Of a DNA stretch of 64,000 nt, positions 60,983 to 64,000 are shown in pieces (the stretch's first letter is position 1; each line of letters opens with the position of its first letter). A model generated the notes under the pieces. It did no database searches. It had not been told where the DNA came from and was given only the letters and a program-made list of their open reading frames with translations. Source of the stretch: a virus; IMG/VR virus record IMGVR_UViG_3300020045_002314, positions 1 through 64,000 of that record; one strand, given 5' to 3'. The position numbers and the translations under genes are program-made.

Positions 60983-62038
60983 TTATTTTGATTTAATAAA
61001 GCTTCTCTTAGTTTCATATTCTGATTTTAATTTTTTAATAATTATATTAATATCTTCTTTTAATTCATTATTAGAATAATATTTATTTTTAAGTTCTTTA
61101 AGTAATGTAAAAATACTTTTACGTTTAGCTTTAAGTTCTTTTTCTTTAATTATTGTTCTTCTTGATACAGGTTTATTATGAATTTTATGTTTCTTTAAAG
61201 CATTAATAATAGTATTATTATGTAATAAAGTTTTTGTTTCTTTATGTACAAATACTGTATTACCATCTATAATCTTTTTATTATATTCTTTTGCTTTATC
61301 TTCTGTTACATTTTCAATATATTTAGTATCGTCATACGTAGTATCTTGATGTTTCCATTCATACTTTTCATTAAGTTTAGAAGTATGATATGTAACATCC
61401 CAACTTTGAGGAAGACATCTATCTCTATCTAAAGGTAGTTGACTAGGTTTAATATTATAACTTTTAGATAATACATCAAGGTTACACACAAATAAATTAC
61501 CTGAATATAAATTTCCTTTAGGTTTATTTACTATACTACCATGATAATTATCACTATATATAATATCTTCTTTTGTAATAATATTATTAATAAAATTATA
61601 ATATTCTTCTTTTTTACAAGTAAAAGTTGTTACAAAATTATTATAATTATTTTCATTTTTAATATATACTATTTCTAAAGTATTACCTATATTTGTATCT
61701 TCTTTTAATCTAGGATATAATATAAAATTTTTAGTATAAATATTCATACTATATCCTAATCTTAAAAATATAAGAAATGCTAATTTTAAACCTTCTCCAT
61801 GATGTCCTATAGCATCAACATTACCATTTTTATTAGAATTACCAATACGCAAAAACTCTAATGAATTAGGGATATAAGAATTAAGAATAGCTACTTTAAT
61901 CATATCATTTGGTAATAATTTTACTTTAGTTGTATAAATACCATAATCCATATAATTTTGATATATTTCTCTTAATGCTTCATTTATACCCCATTTAGGT
62001 AAATATTCTATTCCAAAGCCATAATTAATAGTATTCAT
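60983..62038 (-). CDS. GHKL (HATPase_c-like) ATPase domain protein
   Basis: 'WGINEALREIYQNYMD' (E..QN..D), 'IGNSNK..IGHHGEGLK' Bergerat-fold motifs. Confidence 0.8.
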   Translation of the reverse strand: MNTINYGFGIEYLPKWGINEALREIYQNYMDYGIYTTKVKLLPNDMIKVAILNSYIPNSLEFLRIGNSNKNGNVDAIGHHGEGLKLAFLIFLRLGYSMNIYTKNFILYPRLKEDTNIGNTLEIVYIKNENNYNNFVTTFTCKKEEYYNFINNIITKEDIIYSDNYHGSIVNKPKGNLYSGNLFVCNLDVLSKSYNIKPSQLPLDRDRCLPQSWDVTYHTSKLNEKYEWKHQDTTYDDTKYIENVTEDKAKEYNKKIIDGNTVFVHKETKTLLHNNTIINALKKHKIHNKPVSRRTIIKEKELKAKRKSIFTLLKELKNKYYSNNELKEDINIIIKKLKSEYETKRSFIKSK

Positions 62039-62041
62039 AAT

Positions 62042-63133
62042 TTAATCAATTTTAATATTATCAAAAATACCTACATATCTACTTTGAAATTCCTTTAACA
62101 TCGGAATCATTATCTCTCTCATTTGAGGATGTGCTGCTTTACTTGTACGTTGTGTAAATATATGATGCCATTCTTGTAAATTAGCAATCATATTAATTTC
62201 AGTTTTAAGAGAATTAGGAAGTACACTTCTAGCTATTTGAGGAGGTTCACCTGCTGCAATTAATTTATTATAAGCAATTTCACAATAAGTTATTGTATCT
62301 AACCATATATTTAAACTTTCTAATGGGTTTTTTAAATGAGGATAAATATCAATATATCCAACTTCACCTATTTTACCATCTTCGCTATAATTACAATATC
62401 TAGTAGATTCTTGTGCATATCCAACAGGACGATGTCTTACTAATTCATGACTAACTCCCCTATCACAAGTAATAAGATAATGTTCTCTTATATGATGTAC
62501 TGTTTCAAATATAGATAAATCATCAGTAGATATAAGTACTATACTATTTCCTAATTTTTCAGTATTATATTCAACTATTTCATATAAATCTTCAAAAAGA
62601 AATTTATAATTACTATATAATAAATGAAATAATTCAATATCATATAATTCTACATTGTTAGTTTTAATAAAATATTTAAAATATTCTCTATAAGTTCTAA
62701 TACTAGCAGATATTAAATATCTATTTTTAAATTCATCGTATGTAAATGTAAAATATTTAGAATTAATTTCTTCTATATCTAATTCATTTTCTAAATAGTT
62801 AGTAAATTGCATATCATTGATTATAATATCATAATATTCTTTAGGTAAAGAAATAATGGGATGATATCCAAATTCAAGAACTGCTAAATGTCCCCTATCT
62901 ATAATAGTATTTTTAAGTAGTTTACGACCACTAATAGCATTTTTAATAAAAGGTACAACTGTAGTAAAATCAGCATCTGTAATTCTACCTTCCCAATCAT
63001 CTACTTCTCCAATACATTCAAACTTACCTTCTGACTTATAACAAGTTCTTGCAGCTTGTTCAATATTTACTATCATACCTTCTTCATAATCTAGAAGAGG
63101 TATATGTTGAAATTTAGGTTTTATTAATTTCAT
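62042..63133 (-). CDS. thyX: Flavin-dependent thymidylate synthase
   Basis: AARTCY, GHLAVLE, SHELVRHR, QESTRY, ARSVLPN, AHPQMR. Confidence 0.93.
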   Translation of the reverse strand: MKLIKPKFQHIPLLDYEEGMIVNIEQAARTCYKSEGKFECIGEVDDWEGRITDADFTTVVPFIKNAISGRKLLKNTIIDRGHLAVLEFGYHPIISLPKEYYDIIINDMQFTNYLENELDIEEINSKYFTFTYDEFKNRYLISASIRTYREYFKYFIKTNNVELYDIELFHLLYSNYKFLFEDLYEIVEYNTEKLGNSIVLISTDDLSIFETVHHIREHYLITCDRGVSHELVRHRPVGYAQESTRYCNYSEDGKIGEVGYIDIYPHLKNPLESLNIWLDTITYCEIAYNKLIAAGEPPQIARSVLPNSLKTEINMIANLQEWHHIFTQRTSKAAHPQMREIMIPMLKEFQSRYVGIFDNIKID

Positions 63134-63150
63134 TTTTTTATTTATTAAAT

Positions 63151-63426
63151 TTAAACTTCTTTACTTAAAATATAAGAATTATATTCTTGTTCAATAGGCA
63201 CTTTAATAACTTTTAAAGTATTTAGACTAGATTCTAAATATAATATTTTAGCATCATTAGATAAAAATTCTATACGTCCACATAATTCTTTAGCTATTGA
63301 ACTATAAGGTGACTTGTTATTTTTAAGTCTATCTAAATCTTCTTCAAGTTGTGCTATAGCTTTATTTAAATTTTCTAAATTACTATTTAGTTTATTTATA
63401 TATTCTAATTTTTCTTTTGTAATCAT
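63151..63426 (-). CDS. Hypothetical coiled-coil protein
   Basis: 91-aa ORF. Confidence 0.5.
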   Translation of the reverse strand: MITKEKLEYINKLNSNLENLNKAIAQLEEDLDRLKNNKSPYSSIAKELCGRIEFLSNDAKILYLESSLNTLKVIKVPIEQEYNSYILSKEV

Positions 63427-63434
63427 TTTTATTT

Positions 63435-64000
63435 TTATTTAAGTTTCCAATTATGATTAATTAAATCATCTTTAGTTATATAACATTGTGGGTTATTAAC
63501 CATTAATTTTACAAGATATTCATTATTATTTAAAACAGAATAAATAAGTAATTCATTAGAATCATCGTCGATATCCACTATTATATTATTTTTATATAAG
63601 TTTTGATTTGAATATATAATGAAAGGTTTACGATACAAACCTAAATTTAAAGTTTCATCTTTAGTTGTAATTTTTATAATATGTTCAATATTATGAATAG
63701 AAGATTTAATATCTAATGTTTTAATAAGTTGTATAAATTTACCATCATCTGAATTAACAAAATAATCAAAATAATTATTATTATTATACCATTGGTGCAT
63801 CCATGATTTATTAATAACAGATAAACTAATAAACATTATATTGTGTTCTTTAGCATACTTTTCACATTCTAATAATAATGTATTTCCAATACCTTGTCTT
63901 TGAAAATCTTCATATACATATAAATCACTAATCCATATAGAATTAGGACTATTATCATATAATGTAAGTTTAACAATTCCTAAAGTTATTAATAAAACAG
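63435..64000 (-). CDS. GNAT acetyltransferase with C-terminal extension, 5'-truncated by window edge
   Basis: Frame is open upstream of the tracked ATG (63836) to the window end: 'IWISDLYVYEDFQRQGIGNTLLLECEKYAKEHNIMFISLSV..WMHQWY' (GNAT motif A). Confidence 0.8.
   Translation of the reverse strand, partial: VLLITLGIVKLTLYDNSPNSIWISDLYVYEDFQRQGIGNTLLLECEKYAKEHNIMFISLSVINKSWMHQWYNNNNYFDYFVNSDDGKFIQLIKTLDIKSSIHNIEHIIKITTKDETLNLGLYRKPFIIYSNQNLYKNNIIVDIDDDSNELLIYSVLNNNEYLVKLMVNNPQCYITKDDLINHNWKLK

Noticed and set aside
46020-61432. Short + strand ORFs within the replication module (46020, 49878, 55895, 56466, 58634, 61244), and - strand 10839-11075
   Set aside because: They overlap well-supported genes on the opposite strand and have no recognisable features
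1-64000. tRNA, rRNA, integrase, terminase, portal or major capsid genes
   Set aside because: None recognised. Intergenic gaps are too short or AT-rich for tRNAs, and the head-packaging genes presumably lie outside the window.

Overview
Very AT-rich (by eye about 75-80% AT), densely coding fragment of a crAss-like phage (Crassvirales) that probably infects a Bacteroidota host. It holds two convergent modules joined at a bidirectional intrinsic terminator (~40341-40370). The + strand (1-40320) is the late/virion module. It encodes LamG-type tail or receptor-binding proteins, a lysis cassette (membrane proteins, M15 peptidase endolysin, spanin-like protein), tail ring/IHF-like/tubular/stabilization proteins, two internal cargo proteins, a 5083-aa virion RNA polymerase polyprotein (DFDVD motif) and a 1425-aa zincin-bearing partner. 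The - strand (40394-64000) is the replication and nucleotide-metabolism module. It encodes dUTPase, KTSC, a DEDDh exonuclease, a Gp157-like protein, a radical SAM enzyme, an ATP-dependent ligase, a primase, SSB-like and RecT-like proteins, an SF2 helicase, PolB, DUF932, UDG, a Dda-like helicase, a 3D-domain protein, a GHKL ATPase, ThyX and a truncated GNAT. The most striking feature is the middle of the giant RNAP, which carries in-frame payload modules: a degenerate PD-(D/E)xK-like domain, a DIERRR..INAKYDAEL-bounded cassette, an ADP-ribosyltransferase-like (ART-PolyVal) domain, an L,D-transpeptidase (YkuD)-like domain bracketed by two hydrophobic segments, and an HExxE zincin variant. The standard genetic code fits. 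I saw no tRNA, CRISPR array, intron or intein. All assignments come from motif recognition by eye; no database searches were run.
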